From positions 1-43,172 of the forward strand of contig JACADW010000255.1 of assembly GCA_013388445.1 (NCBI GenBank): DNA of 43,172 bases, given 5' to 3'. A program made the position numbers and the translations under genes. The notes beneath the pieces were generated by a model. It saw only the letters and a list, made by a program, of their open reading frames with translations. It ran no database searches and was not told the DNA's origin. Source of the stretch: Acidobacteriota bacterium (lineage in GTDB: Bacteria; Acidobacteriota; UBA6911). Below are positions 1 through 9,734 of this stretch, one piece after another; the first letter of the stretch is position 1; every line of letters starts with the position of its first letter.

Positions 1-2331
1 CTCTTCAAGAACGCGCTCTTGGGACAGCTGTATCCGGAATGTGACCCGGCGAACTTCGCGACATGCCAGAAGCTGCCGGCATCCGCCATCGACTCGCCGG
101 CGGTCAAGGTCGCAAACCTTTATCCGTTGCCCAACATCCCCGGGACTTTCGTCCAGGGGCTCGGCACCTTCAACAACTACATCGCCTCGGGATCATCCAA
201 GAACGACAGCCACGCCTTCAATGTCAAGATCGACTTGGCTGCCCGATCGCAGGACGCCCTCTCATTCCGATACTCTTTTGCAGACAGCAAGAGCAAGACG
301 CCGGCGGCGTTCGGCAACGGCAGTGTGGGTCCCTGTATCAATTGCGGCGTGGTGCTGGATCTTCTCGCGGGAGATCCGAGGGGACGGAGCCAGAATGCGG
401 GTGCGAGCTGGGTCCACACATTGGGTCCGAAGCTGGTGAACGAGTTTCGAGCGGGACTCACCCGCACCTCCTCGTTCTTCGGGACTGCCGACGGGGGTAA
501 GAACCTCGCCGAGGAATTCGGCATTCCCAACGTGAACGTGAGCGACCAGACCACCGGCCTTCCTTGGTTTTTCTTCTCCCCCATGCCGAGCTGGACGGGC
601 ACATCACCCTTTACGCCCGCCGTCGGCGGCTACACGGTCTATCAGTTCACCGACAACTTTTCGTATATCCCCGGAAAGCACCGGCTGAAATTGGGGACGG
701 ACATACGGCGGAGGCTCAACAACGGCGCGGGCAACTTCTTCGGGAAGGGAGCCTACATTTTTGTTCCCTTCTTTACAGGCCACGCTTTCGCCGACTTCAT
801 GACTGGCCGGGCACTCGTGATCCAGCAGGACCTGACTCCGGGCACGACGGGCATCCGCGGCGTCGACTATGGCTTCTATTTCCAGGACGACTACAAGGTA
901 TCCCGCACCTTTACGCTGAACATGGGAATCCGCTATGAGCTCTTCCCCGGCTATGTGGAAGTTGCCGACCGCATTTCCAACCTGGACCCCGCCGCCGGCC
1001 TCGTGCGTCTGGCGGGCAAGGATGGCCAGCCGCGGCAGTTCACGCCGCTGGATAAGAACAACTGGGCCCCCCGGTTCGGGTTCGCGTGGTCGATGCGGGG
1101 TGACAAGACGGTCGTTCGTGGAGGCTACGGTTTGTCTTATTTTAACTCCTCCAACTTTGTCAGCTACTCCGGGTTAAACGCCCCGTACACCGGGGCATTC
1201 AATTTCACCAACCTCAATTTCACAACCTTCGACGCCGCCTATCGGCTGAGCGACGGCCTGCCGATCCACCTCCGCCCCACCCCGAAGAACTTCGACCCGA
1301 AGAGTCCGGCCGGCTCGTGGAGGCAGAACGATCCCGAACAGCGAATCCCATACTCGCAGTATTTCACCCTGGGGATTCAGAATTCCCTCGGCTGGGACAC
1401 GGTGATCGAGGCCGCCTACGTGGGTACACGCGGCGTGAAACTGCCGGGTGAGACTGAGGGGAATCCCGCTCCCCCGGGCCCTACCACGACCACGGATCAG
1501 CGGCGCATTTATCACAGTACGGTCCCGAATGTGCAGGGGATCACGCTTTACTCTAACGTCTTCAACTCTATCTACCACGCCATGCAGTTCAAGGCGCAGA
1601 AGCGGTTCTCCGACGGGCTGCAGTTCCTGGCCACCTACACATTCGGTCGCTCGATCGACGACAAGAGCGGCAGTGCGGTTACGGGCGGAGGCGATTCGAA
1701 CCCCAACTCCAAGCCACAGGATCCCTTCAACCGGGCCGGCGACCGCGGCAGGTCATCTTTCGACATCACCCACCGCTTCGTACTTTCCTTCAACTATGAG
1801 ATTCCACTGGGCCGCGGCCATAAGGTGGGACAGAACTTCAACAGCGTTCTCGAGGGCTTACTGGGCGGCTGGCAGATCAACGGCATCCTGACATTGGCCA
1901 CAGGCATGCCTTTCACCGTCTTCGCCACCTCCAACGCCAACTGCGGATGCACTGCAAACGACATGCGCGCCGATCGTATCGGGGACGGCAACCTGCCCGA
2001 GCAGAAGCGCTCGGTCAATGGCTGGTTTGACAAGACCGCGTTCAAAGATCCCCCGAGCTCGACGCCGACCGAAGGTGGAGGGCGCGTCGGAAATGCTGGG
2101 CGCAACATCATTTGCGGTCCGGACCTGAGACTAATGGACTTTTCGCTGTTCAAGAAGTTCAAGCTCACCGAGAGAGTCCAGATGCAGTTCCGGGCGGAGT
2201 TCTTCAATATCTTCAACAACACAAATTTCCTATACCCTAAGCCGGAGAATGCCACTTGGCAGGCGGGCGGATTGATCACCCAGGCCAGGGATCCCCGGAT
2301 AGGACAGTTGGCGATCAAACTGATCTTCTGA
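1..2331 (+). CDS. TonB-dependent receptor, Oar/Acidobacteria type (5' end outside window)
   Basis: Frame is open from base 1. Barrel motifs YFQDDYKVSRTFTLNMGIRYE, DKNNWAPRFGFAW, QFRAEFFNIFN and C-terminal RIGQLAIKLIF ending in Phe. Confidence 0.95.
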   Translation, partial: LFKNALLGQLYPECDPANFATCQKLPASAIDSPAVKVANLYPLPNIPGTFVQGLGTFNNYIASGSSKNDSHAFNVKIDLAARSQDALSFRYSFADSKSKTPAAFGNGSVGPCINCGVVLDLLAGDPRGRSQNAGASWVHTLGPKLVNEFRAGLTRTSSFFGTADGGKNLAEEFGIPNVNVSDQTTGLPWFFFSPMPSWTGTSPFTPAVGGYTVYQFTDNFSYIPGKHRLKLGTDIRRRLNNGAGNFFGKGAYIFVPFFTGHAFADFMTGRALVIQQDLTPGTTGIRGVDYGFYFQDDYKVSRTFTLNMGIRYELFPGYVEVADRISNLDPAAGLVRLAGKDGQPRQFTPLDKNNWAPRFGFAWSMRGDKTVVRGGYGLSYFNSSNFVSYSGLNAPYTGAFNFTNLNFTTFDAAYRLSDGLPIHLRPTPKNFDPKSPAGSWRQNDPEQRIPYSQYFTLGIQNSLGWDTVIEAAYVGTRGVKLPGETEGNPAPPGPTTTTDQRRIYHSTVPNVQGITLYSNVFNSIYHAMQFKAQKRFSDGLQFLATYTFGRSIDDKSGSAVTGGGDSNPNSKPQDPFNRAGDRGRSSFDITHRFVLSFNYEIPLGRGHKVGQNFNSVLEGLLGGWQINGILTLATGMPFTVFATSNANCGCTANDMRADRIGDGNLPEQKRSVNGWFDKTAFKDPPSSTPTEGGGRVGNAGRNIICGPDLRLMDFSLFKKFKLTERVQMQFRAEFFNIFNNTNFLYPKPENATWQAGGLITQARDPRIGQLAIKLIF

Positions 2332-2495
2332 TCGCTTTCGCATTTGCCAAGCCAGGCGGCGGGAGGCGCGGAGCCAGCCGCCGGTAATTTCATAAGCGCG
2401 CGCATAAGCGCGCGCCCTTATGCAGGCGCACTCCCCTGTCAACCGGGCGGTACGAATAGTCGCTCGCTTCCAAGTTCAGCTTTCGGAGGTCTGCC

Positions 2496-3623
2496 ATGAG
2501 CCGATCACGCTTTGCCCTAGCGGTAGTTGCTTCACTCTCAGCCGGAGCGCTGCTGTCGCCCCCGCCCGTGCTTAGCGCCGAGAACCGGGCTTTCCGAATG
2601 GGCTTCACGCCCTTCGTCTTCGACATGACGCTGGAAGCCGTCGCCGAGACCGACAAATTCATCGGAGAGAACGGGGACATCGTGGCCCAGCACATGGAGA
2701 GCGTTCCGTGGAGCGAAGCCCTCTCGGGCGCGCCCCTGCATCCCGAGTTCATGAAAGACTGGGAGCGGCGCAAGAAAATGGCGCGTCCCGGCATGGCGGT
2801 CTACGTGGCCGTGTCGCCTCTCGACATGGGGCGGGCCAAGATCGCCGCCTACCGCGGCGAGAAGGAAGGCATGCCGCTGCCTCCGCAGTTCGAAGGCAAG
2901 GAATTGGACGACGATCTGGTCAAACGGGCCTATCTCGCTTACTGCCGCCGCGCAGTCGAGTACTTCAAGCCCGAATTCCTGGGCATCGGCATCGAGGTGA
3001 ACGAGTTGTTTCACAACTCGCCGGGGAAGTGGCCCTCCTATGTTGCGCTGCACAAGTATGTCTACGAGGCCCTGAAGAAGGACCACCCCGCGCTGATGGT
3101 GTTCTCCTCGTTCACCCTTCACAACATGGTGAATCCTGGCTGGAAGGACCGGGCCGAGATGCTGGAGGCCTATAAGGGTCTCATGCCTTACAACGACCTG
3201 GTGGCGCTCAGTTTCTATCCGTTCATGTGCGGCATTTCCAACCCGAGCAAGCTGGATGAGCCGCTGGCCTGGCTTACGGCCAATTTCGATTCCTTAGGCA
3301 AGCCTTACGCAGTGGCCGAAACGGGTGAAGCGACCGAGAACATCACCCTTAAAACGGGCGCTGCGGAAGTGACCATCTATGGAAGCCTGGAGCTCCAGAA
3401 AGCCTATTACGAAAAGCTGCTGGAGCTCGCCCAGGAAAAGAAGTTCAAGTTCGTGGTTTCCTTCCTGCACCGCGACTACGACGCCCTGTGGGAAAAGATC
3501 AAGTCCGCTTCCCCTTCCTTCTTCATCGCCTGGCGTGACTGCGGCCTGCTGGACGAGAACGGCCAGAAGCGGCCGGCCTATGAGGTGTGGCGCAGGTTCC
3601 TGGCGATGCCACTGGCCCGCTGA
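2496..3623 (+). CDS. Secreted TIM-barrel glycoside hydrolase-like protein (clan GH-A, GH53-like)
   Basis: GGAGG RBS and signal peptide. GIGIEVNE (candidate acid/base), LSFYP and VAETG (candidate nucleophile), C-terminal GLLDENGQKRPAYEVW. Confidence 0.65.
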   Translation: MSRSRFALAVVASLSAGALLSPPPVLSAENRAFRMGFTPFVFDMTLEAVAETDKFIGENGDIVAQHMESVPWSEALSGAPLHPEFMKDWERRKKMARPGMAVYVAVSPLDMGRAKIAAYRGEKEGMPLPPQFEGKELDDDLVKRAYLAYCRRAVEYFKPEFLGIGIEVNELFHNSPGKWPSYVALHKYVYEALKKDHPALMVFSSFTLHNMVNPGWKDRAEMLEAYKGLMPYNDLVALSFYPFMCGISNPSKLDEPLAWLTANFDSLGKPYAVAETGEATENITLKTGAAEVTIYGSLELQKAYYEKLLELAQEKKFKFVVSFLHRDYDALWEKIKSASPSFFIAWRDCGLLDENGQKRPAYEVWRRFLAMPLAR

Positions 3624-3650
3624 GCAGCCGTGTGGAGACGAGGGGATCCC

Positions 3651-4865
3651 ATGCCCGAAAACACCATCGAAACGGCAGGACATACGGTTTGTTCGCGCCG
3701 CGCCTTTGGCCGAGTGCTGTTGGGAACAGCAGGCGCGGCCGGCGCGCTGTCGGAGATTGTCCCCGGGCGGCCTGCTCCTTACGCCTTTGCGAGGGGTTCG
3801 AGCTCACCGGAACCGCTGGCAACGACAGCTGTGATTTACTACTCCGACCTCCTCCACCCCCCCGGAGACCCCGACGATCATGTAGATCTTGCGACGCTGT
3901 TCTCGCTCCCGGAACTGGATATCCGAGCGATTGTCTTGGACCTGGGTGAAAAACAGGGATCCCAGCCCGGGTCCGTTCCGATGAGCCAAATGATGAAAAT
4001 GACGGGCCGCAAGGTCCCGTTCGCCGTCGGCCTGGGTCAGCCGCTCCGATATCCGGAAGACAAGGGGCTCAACCAGTTCCGCTTCTACCAGAGTGGGGTG
4101 GAGCTCCTGCAGAAGGCCTTGGAGGAGGCCGAAGGAGAGGTATTCGTCATCGCCACCGGCAGCCTTCGCGACATTGCGGCAGCCTACAATCGAAGTCCCG
4201 ATCTGATTCGGCGGAAGGTGATCCGCGTGTATATCAACGCCGGCAGCGCCTCCGGCGGCGACCTCTATTGGAATCCCGGCCTCGATCCGCAGGCCTATCC
4301 CCGCATCATGCGCTCCGACTTGCCCATCTACTGGTGCCCTTGCTTCGGAGGCAGGGAGACGCTCGAAGATCTTGCGGCAGGCTGGCTTGGAATGCTTCAG
4401 TACCAGACCTTCTGGAAGTTTAGCCAAGGGGAGATCTTCGGGGCGCTTCCACGGCCACTGCAGAACTTCTTTCTGTATGCCCTTAGCCGGCAGGTGCCGT
4501 TGCAGGTCGAGCCGATCGCTTATCTGAGGCGCGAACCGCAGGAGGAGTTGCGGAAGGAACAGTGGCGGCAGGTCCGCAACATGTGGAGCACCGCGTCCCT
4601 GGTCCACGCGGCCGGGCGCCGGCTCTTTCGCAGCGGGAACTCCTGGGCCGCGCTCCATCAGCCGCCCGCCGGCTTCACCCGAGCGGATGTGTTCGACTTC
4701 TCCCCCGCCAAGATCGAGATCGATGCCGACCTGAATGTGCGGCTGGAGCTGACAGCAGCGGATCGGTCCTTCCGCGTCTTCCGCCTTCTTGATCTGGCCA
4801 ATTACCAGGAGGCCATGACTTCATCGCTCCGCAGGCTGCTGAGCGAGATGACGTTGCGAAATTAG
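3651..4865 (+). CDS. Tat-exported nucleoside hydrolase-fold protein
   Basis: ATG 3651 after GAGGGG. Twin-arginine signal SRRAFGRVLL, Asp-rich DLLHPPGDPDDHVD, IATGSLRDIAAA, WNPGLDP. Confidence 0.7.
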   Translation: MPENTIETAGHTVCSRRAFGRVLLGTAGAAGALSEIVPGRPAPYAFARGSSSPEPLATTAVIYYSDLLHPPGDPDDHVDLATLFSLPELDIRAIVLDLGEKQGSQPGSVPMSQMMKMTGRKVPFAVGLGQPLRYPEDKGLNQFRFYQSGVELLQKALEEAEGEVFVIATGSLRDIAAAYNRSPDLIRRKVIRVYINAGSASGGDLYWNPGLDPQAYPRIMRSDLPIYWCPCFGGRETLEDLAAGWLGMLQYQTFWKFSQGEIFGALPRPLQNFFLYALSRQVPLQVEPIAYLRREPQEELRKEQWRQVRNMWSTASLVHAAGRRLFRSGNSWAALHQPPAGFTRADVFDFSPAKIEIDADLNVRLELTAADRSFRVFRLLDLANYQEAMTSSLRRLLSEMTLRN

Positions 4866-4935
4866 AGTCTTCGAGTGGATCATGCATGAGTTCCAAGACT
4901 CGAAGAAGACACGGTCTTGCCGAGTGGAGGCTTTG

Positions 4936-7530
4936 ATGCGGGTGAGCCGAAAGGGCCGGATGACTCTCATCAGTGCCGCAATCTGTCTGCTGGCGACGGG
5001 CTTCCTGCCCTGCCAGACGAGAAGGGCTCCGATCAGGGAAGTCTATGTCTTCTCCGCGTCCCATCTCGACCCGACCTTCACCGGCCCTCCCCCTTTTTCC
5101 TACGGCCGCTTCCACCGGATCTTCGATGCAGCCCTGAAACTCGTCGGCGAGCAGCCGGATTTCCGCTTTGTCGTCGAAAACATCTTCGCTTTTGACCAAT
5201 ACCTGCGCACCCATCCGGACCGGCAAGCGGCGTTTCAGGCTCCGGTCAAGAACGGCCATGTGGAATTTGCCGGCCAAGTTAGCATCGTGCTGCAGAATGT
5301 GGCGACCGGCGAAGACTTGGTCCGGAACGTCCTTCTTGCGCGCGAGTTCATCCGCGATCGATTCGGCGTCTTGCCCAAGGTGCAGACGCTCAGCGACGCG
5401 CCGGGACAAACCCCTCAGGTGCCGCAGATCCTTGCCAGGTCCGGGCTCGGCGGCCTGATTATCACACGCGCAGGTCCTAGGGACGCCCACCTGTTCGATT
5501 GGGAGGGGCTCGACGGATCAAGGGTTCGTGTCGCTTCTCTGCCGCTCGGTTACGCCGGCGGGTACCTGATGGGAATGGCGGCCTCCCTCGAGGCCATGGA
5601 AGGCACCCGCCTGGTCGAATTCGAGTTGAGCGACATCAGCCCGGAGATCTTCACCAACAAATTGAAACAGCCGGCGGCGATGGAGCCCATGCTGCAGACC
5701 GCCTACGCGTCGGAGAGCGGGCGCGCGCTGGTGGAGGTGGGATGGGACAACGCCATCCCGCAGGCGGAGGTCGCCAAGAACATCGTCGCCTGGAACACGA
5801 AGCACGGGAATCGGCTCCGCCTCATTCCCTCCTCCCCCGGCGATTTCTTCGAAAAGCACTGGCCGGAAAAGGTGCCGGTCAAGAAGGGGGAGATTTCCAG
5901 CGTCTGGGGCAACGGTTGGTGGAGCTTGATCGGCGGCTATGCGCAGCATTTCCGCACCACCCACAAGCTCCTGCGCGCTGAAAAGTGGGCCAGCATGGCC
6001 GAGGTCCTTACTGGCAGCCGATACCCCGGGGAGGACCTGCGCCGCAGCTGGTGGGACCATCTGCTATCGCTGGATCATGAGAGCGCAGAACTCACGCAAC
6101 CGCGCGTTTTCTCGGAGTCCCTGGCTAGCCGTGCACTTCAGGACGCGCAGCAGGCGATCGCGTCTCACGTCGCGATTCCGCAGAAAATGGACGTCGCGCT
6201 CGTGGTGTTCAACCCGATGAACTGGAGCCGTAGCGAGATCGTGACCGCCCAGGTCTATTTCGTTGGGGATCCGTTCGCCTTCTTCACGCGCCCCTTTCAC
6301 AAGCTGAAGATGGTGGGGCCTGACGGGAAGCCAGTGCCGTTCGAGGTGGTTTCCACCCAATCGACCATTGTACGTTCGGCCTGGATCCGTTTCCGAGCCG
6401 ACAGCGTGCCGCCGCTGGGCTGGAAGACCTACTTCCTCCGCCCCGCGGAGAAGAACGAGGCGCGCACGTTCCCCAAACCGACCGATCTGACGGGCGAGAG
6501 CACCATTCGGAGCGGGAGCCTGGAGATTGCCTATAGACCGGACGGGGGTTCATTCATTCTCAGAAACGGCCCCGACTCTGCCGCCGCGGAGCTGAGCTAC
6601 CACCATCAGCCCGAGGAGACCTCGTCGCAGCCCGGATTCTTCAGGCAGAAGGACAAGGGTGATCCGGTGCGTGTTTCCTGGAAGCGCGTCGCGGTCGGAG
6701 AGAATCTTGGCGGGCCTTACTTCGAAGCCGAAGGCGAGATTCAGGGCGCCGAGCTGAGAGCCAATCTGCAGCTTGCCGACACCGGGCAGGTGACGGTCTC
6801 GGAGACCGTTCGTACGGGCGGCGGGAAGCAGGTGAAGCTCATCCGTCAGGTCGAGTTGCCGGAGAAGGGTCAGTTTTACTACGGCGTGCCGTTCGGCACC
6901 GTGCGTCTCGGCGACTCCATGGAAAGCGCCGGCCCTTCGGAACAGGGAGGTGGCGACGAGATCCCGCGGGCGATGTGGATCACCGCCAAGGAATTCGACG
7001 GCTGGGTTGCCTGGCGCGGGAACGGACAGCAGGTGACGATCGCCGGCGAGGCGCGCGGCGGCAGGTTCACCGACCGCAGTCTGAAGGTGACCCTGCTCTA
7101 CTCGGACGGCAAGCCCATGCTGGCCGACACTATGATCCACCCAGTGCCCAATGAGTTCGTGACACGTTTGCTGATTGGATTCAGCCCTCGCCCGGAAGAC
7201 GCCCCAAGATTGGGCTGGGAGCTATACAACCCGCTCGAAACCATGGTTTCGGTCCGCTATCAAAAAGGCAGCCTGCCGGCAGAGTACGCCGGCACGGAGG
7301 AGAGCGCCGGAACGGTTCTCAGCGCCCTCAAGAAGAGCGAGGACGGCAAGGGATGGATCGCGCGTGCCTATGCCTCGGAGAGCGAAGCTTCTTTCCCCCC
7401 CGTTTTGGCGGCTCGGGCGCGGGTGGTCGGCGAGGTGGATCTAGTCGAGCAAATCGATCCCGGCCGGGTTGCGGGCGCTGGTCTGAAGCCGTTTGAAATC
7501 CGGACTGTCCTGCTGGAGGAAAAACGATGA
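4936..7530 (+). CDS. GH38 alpha-mannosidase-like glycoside hydrolase (divergent)
   Basis: GGAGG 4926-4930 before ATG 4936. SHLDP Zn motif, SDAPGQTPQVPQIL, FDWEGLDGSRV, VVFNPMNWSR, VPPLGWKTY, LKPFEIRT. Confidence 0.8.
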   Translation: MRVSRKGRMTLISAAICLLATGFLPCQTRRAPIREVYVFSASHLDPTFTGPPPFSYGRFHRIFDAALKLVGEQPDFRFVVENIFAFDQYLRTHPDRQAAFQAPVKNGHVEFAGQVSIVLQNVATGEDLVRNVLLAREFIRDRFGVLPKVQTLSDAPGQTPQVPQILARSGLGGLIITRAGPRDAHLFDWEGLDGSRVRVASLPLGYAGGYLMGMAASLEAMEGTRLVEFELSDISPEIFTNKLKQPAAMEPMLQTAYASESGRALVEVGWDNAIPQAEVAKNIVAWNTKHGNRLRLIPSSPGDFFEKHWPEKVPVKKGEISSVWGNGWWSLIGGYAQHFRTTHKLLRAEKWASMAEVLTGSRYPGEDLRRSWWDHLLSLDHESAELTQPRVFSESLASRALQDAQQAIASHVAIPQKMDVALVVFNPMNWSRSEIVTAQVYFVGDPFAFFTRPFHKLKMVGPDGKPVPFEVVSTQSTIVRSAWIRFRADSVPPLGWKTYFLRPAEKNEARTFPKPTDLTGESTIRSGSLEIAYRPDGGSFILRNGPDSAAAELSYHHQPEETSSQPGFFRQKDKGDPVRVSWKRVAVGENLGGPYFEAEGEIQGAELRANLQLADTGQVTVSETVRTGGGKQVKLIRQVELPEKGQFYYGVPFGTVRLGDSMESAGPSEQGGGDEIPRAMWITAKEFDGWVAWRGNGQQVTIAGEARGGRFTDRSLKVTLLYSDGKPMLADTMIHPVPNEFVTRLLIGFSPRPEDAPRLGWELYNPLETMVSVRYQKGSLPAEYAGTEESAGTVLSALKKSEDGKGWIARAYASESEASFPPVLAARARVVGEVDLVEQIDPGRVAGAGLKPFEIRTVLLEEKR

Positions 7531-9734
7531 TGTACAGGCCGCAAGAAGCCGTGCGCAGTCGTTGGTGGTGCCCGCAAGCTGCTGCGCGCGCGTGCCAGTC
7601 GGAGGCACAACGGAGGGAGACCTCTACGAGCTTGCTTTCCCGGCCTCACGCGGTGCGCGTTTCCCCGAAATGCCTCCTGGCGGCGGCCTGCCTCACGTTG
7701 TGGCTCGGCCCCGTCTCCCGGGCCCAGATGACGGCTGAGGTCCGGGTGGATGCACGAGCACCGCTTCACACTGTCGATCCGCGGATTTACGGGCAGTTCG
7801 TCGAGCATTTTGGCAGGATCATCAACGGCGGCCTGTGGGCCGAGCTACTCCGAAACCGCAAGTTCTACCCCATCGACACCCAGCGCAGGCAGGTGGCCGA
7901 TCCCTGGATGCCCGAAACCGATCGGAGCAACGTCAGTTACGCGGTCGATCGCTGGGTTTCCCTGAACGGGATCTCCGCCCAACGGGTGCTGCCCCACGGC
8001 AACAGCCGGTCCTGGCGCGGAATCAGCCAGACCGGATTCGATGTCCTGGGCGGCAGGGAATACGCGGCCTATGCCTGGATCAAGGCGGACCGCGGTGACC
8101 AGAACGTCGCCTTCCGGTTGGAAGCTGCCGACGGAGCCGTGGCCGCGCACGCCGAGGCCCCGCTTCGGCACGGAGACTGGCAAAAGGTTGAAGCACGGCT
8201 GACGCCGGATCGCAGCCTGCGCCCGGCGGTCTTCCGCATCGCCTTTAACGCCGTCGGGATTAAGTGGATTGGAGCTGCGTCCCTCATGCCCGCCGACAAC
8301 GTGGAGGGGCTGCGCCGCGATGTCCTCGAACTCGTGAAGTCCATGGGCCCACCGGTCATACGCTGGCCCGGCGGCGGTTATGCGGATTGCTACGACTGGA
8401 GGCGCGCGGTGGGCGACCGCGACCGTCGGCAGCCGCAGCCCATCCTTCCTTTCGGGCAGCCTTATGGATACGACCACGGCATGGATCCGAACGATTTCGG
8501 CACCGACGAGTACCTGCGCTTCTGCGCCCGGATTGGCGCTGATCCCTATATCACGGCCAATTTCGGGTCCGGTACGCCGGAGATGGCGGCCTCTTGGGTT
8601 GAATACTGCAACGGGGCCGCGGACTCAAAGTGGGGCGCGGTGCGCGCGGTAAACGGCCGAAGGGAGCCTTACCGGGTCAAACACTGGTCGATCGGCAACG
8701 AGATCTGGCTGGATCCGGCGCAGGTCGGTCATACCACGGCCGAAGGGTACGCCACCTACTATGTGCCCATAGCCAAAGCCATGAAGGCGACCGACCCCAC
8801 CATCGCCATCACCGCCGTGGGGCAGTTCGACAACGTCTCGGCCACCGAGCGCAACTGGAATGACATCGTCCTGAGCGCTGCGTGGGAGCACATCGATATG
8901 CTCTCGCTCCATCATTACTACCCCACGGGATACTGGCCGGAGGCGCTGGTGAACCGGCCGATCCCTGCATACCTCGCGGTGGTCGCCGACCCGATCCGGG
9001 TGGAGCGTTCCTTAAAAAGCCTAATTGCGCAAGCAGATAGAATCACCCAAGGGAAAAAAAAGATCCAGATCGCATTCGACGAATGGAACGAGTGGGACTG
9101 GGACTACCCCCGGCCCGTCGATTCCCCCGAGCGCTCTTTCGTCAACCAGTTCATCGACACGCTCAACAAGAGCGGCCTCGAGTTCAACCACACCCTCCGG
9201 GACGCCCTGTTCGGCGCCCGCATGTTGCACGTCTTCATGCGCAACTGTGAACGCCTGCCGATCGCCGCGCGCACGCACATGATCAACAGCCTCGGCGCCA
9301 TCCGGACCGACAGCACGCGCGCCTTCGTCACCGCTTCCGGCAAAATCATGGAGCTGTATCGGAAGCACGCGGGTACCGCGCTGCTGAGTGTGGAGCAGCG
9401 GGCCCCGAGCTACGAGGTCCCGGAAGAAGGGTGGCGCGACATCCCCTACCTGGATGCTGCCGCAACCATATCGCCGGACGGTCGCACGCTTTTCCTCCAC
9501 CTGATCAACCTCCACCCGAAGCAGAGCCTCAACGTGCAGGTCCACATCGACGGGCGTGTGCCCCGCCCGCAGGGACGCATCTGGGAGGTTGCCGCCGAAG
9601 ACTTCATGTCCCGGAACGATTTCGGCCGGGAGACCGTGACTATCAGGCAACGCAGGGCCGACGGCTTCGGATCGGCGTTTCTGCAGGTGCTGCCGAGACA
9701 TTCGGCGACGACATTAGAAATAGGGTTGCAATGA
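7527..9734 (+). CDS. GH51 alpha-L-arabinofuranosidase family protein with CBM4-like insert
   Basis: IYGQFVEH, IRWPGG, FGTDEY, WSIGNE (acid/base), IAFDEWN (nucleophile). True start may lie further downstream. Confidence 0.92.
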   Translation: MMYRPQEAVRSRWWCPQAAARACQSEAQRRETSTSLLSRPHAVRVSPKCLLAAACLTLWLGPVSRAQMTAEVRVDARAPLHTVDPRIYGQFVEHFGRIINGGLWAELLRNRKFYPIDTQRRQVADPWMPETDRSNVSYAVDRWVSLNGISAQRVLPHGNSRSWRGISQTGFDVLGGREYAAYAWIKADRGDQNVAFRLEAADGAVAAHAEAPLRHGDWQKVEARLTPDRSLRPAVFRIAFNAVGIKWIGAASLMPADNVEGLRRDVLELVKSMGPPVIRWPGGGYADCYDWRRAVGDRDRRQPQPILPFGQPYGYDHGMDPNDFGTDEYLRFCARIGADPYITANFGSGTPEMAASWVEYCNGAADSKWGAVRAVNGRREPYRVKHWSIGNEIWLDPAQVGHTTAEGYATYYVPIAKAMKATDPTIAITAVGQFDNVSATERNWNDIVLSAAWEHIDMLSLHHYYPTGYWPEALVNRPIPAYLAVVADPIRVERSLKSLIAQADRITQGKKKIQIAFDEWNEWDWDYPRPVDSPERSFVNQFIDTLNKSGLEFNHTLRDALFGARMLHVFMRNCERLPIAARTHMINSLGAIRTDSTRAFVTASGKIMELYRKHAGTALLSVEQRAPSYEVPEEGWRDIPYLDAAATISPDGRTLFLHLINLHPKQSLNVQVHIDGRVPRPQGRIWEVAAEDFMSRNDFGRETVTIRQRRADGFGSAFLQVLPRHSATTLEIGLQ

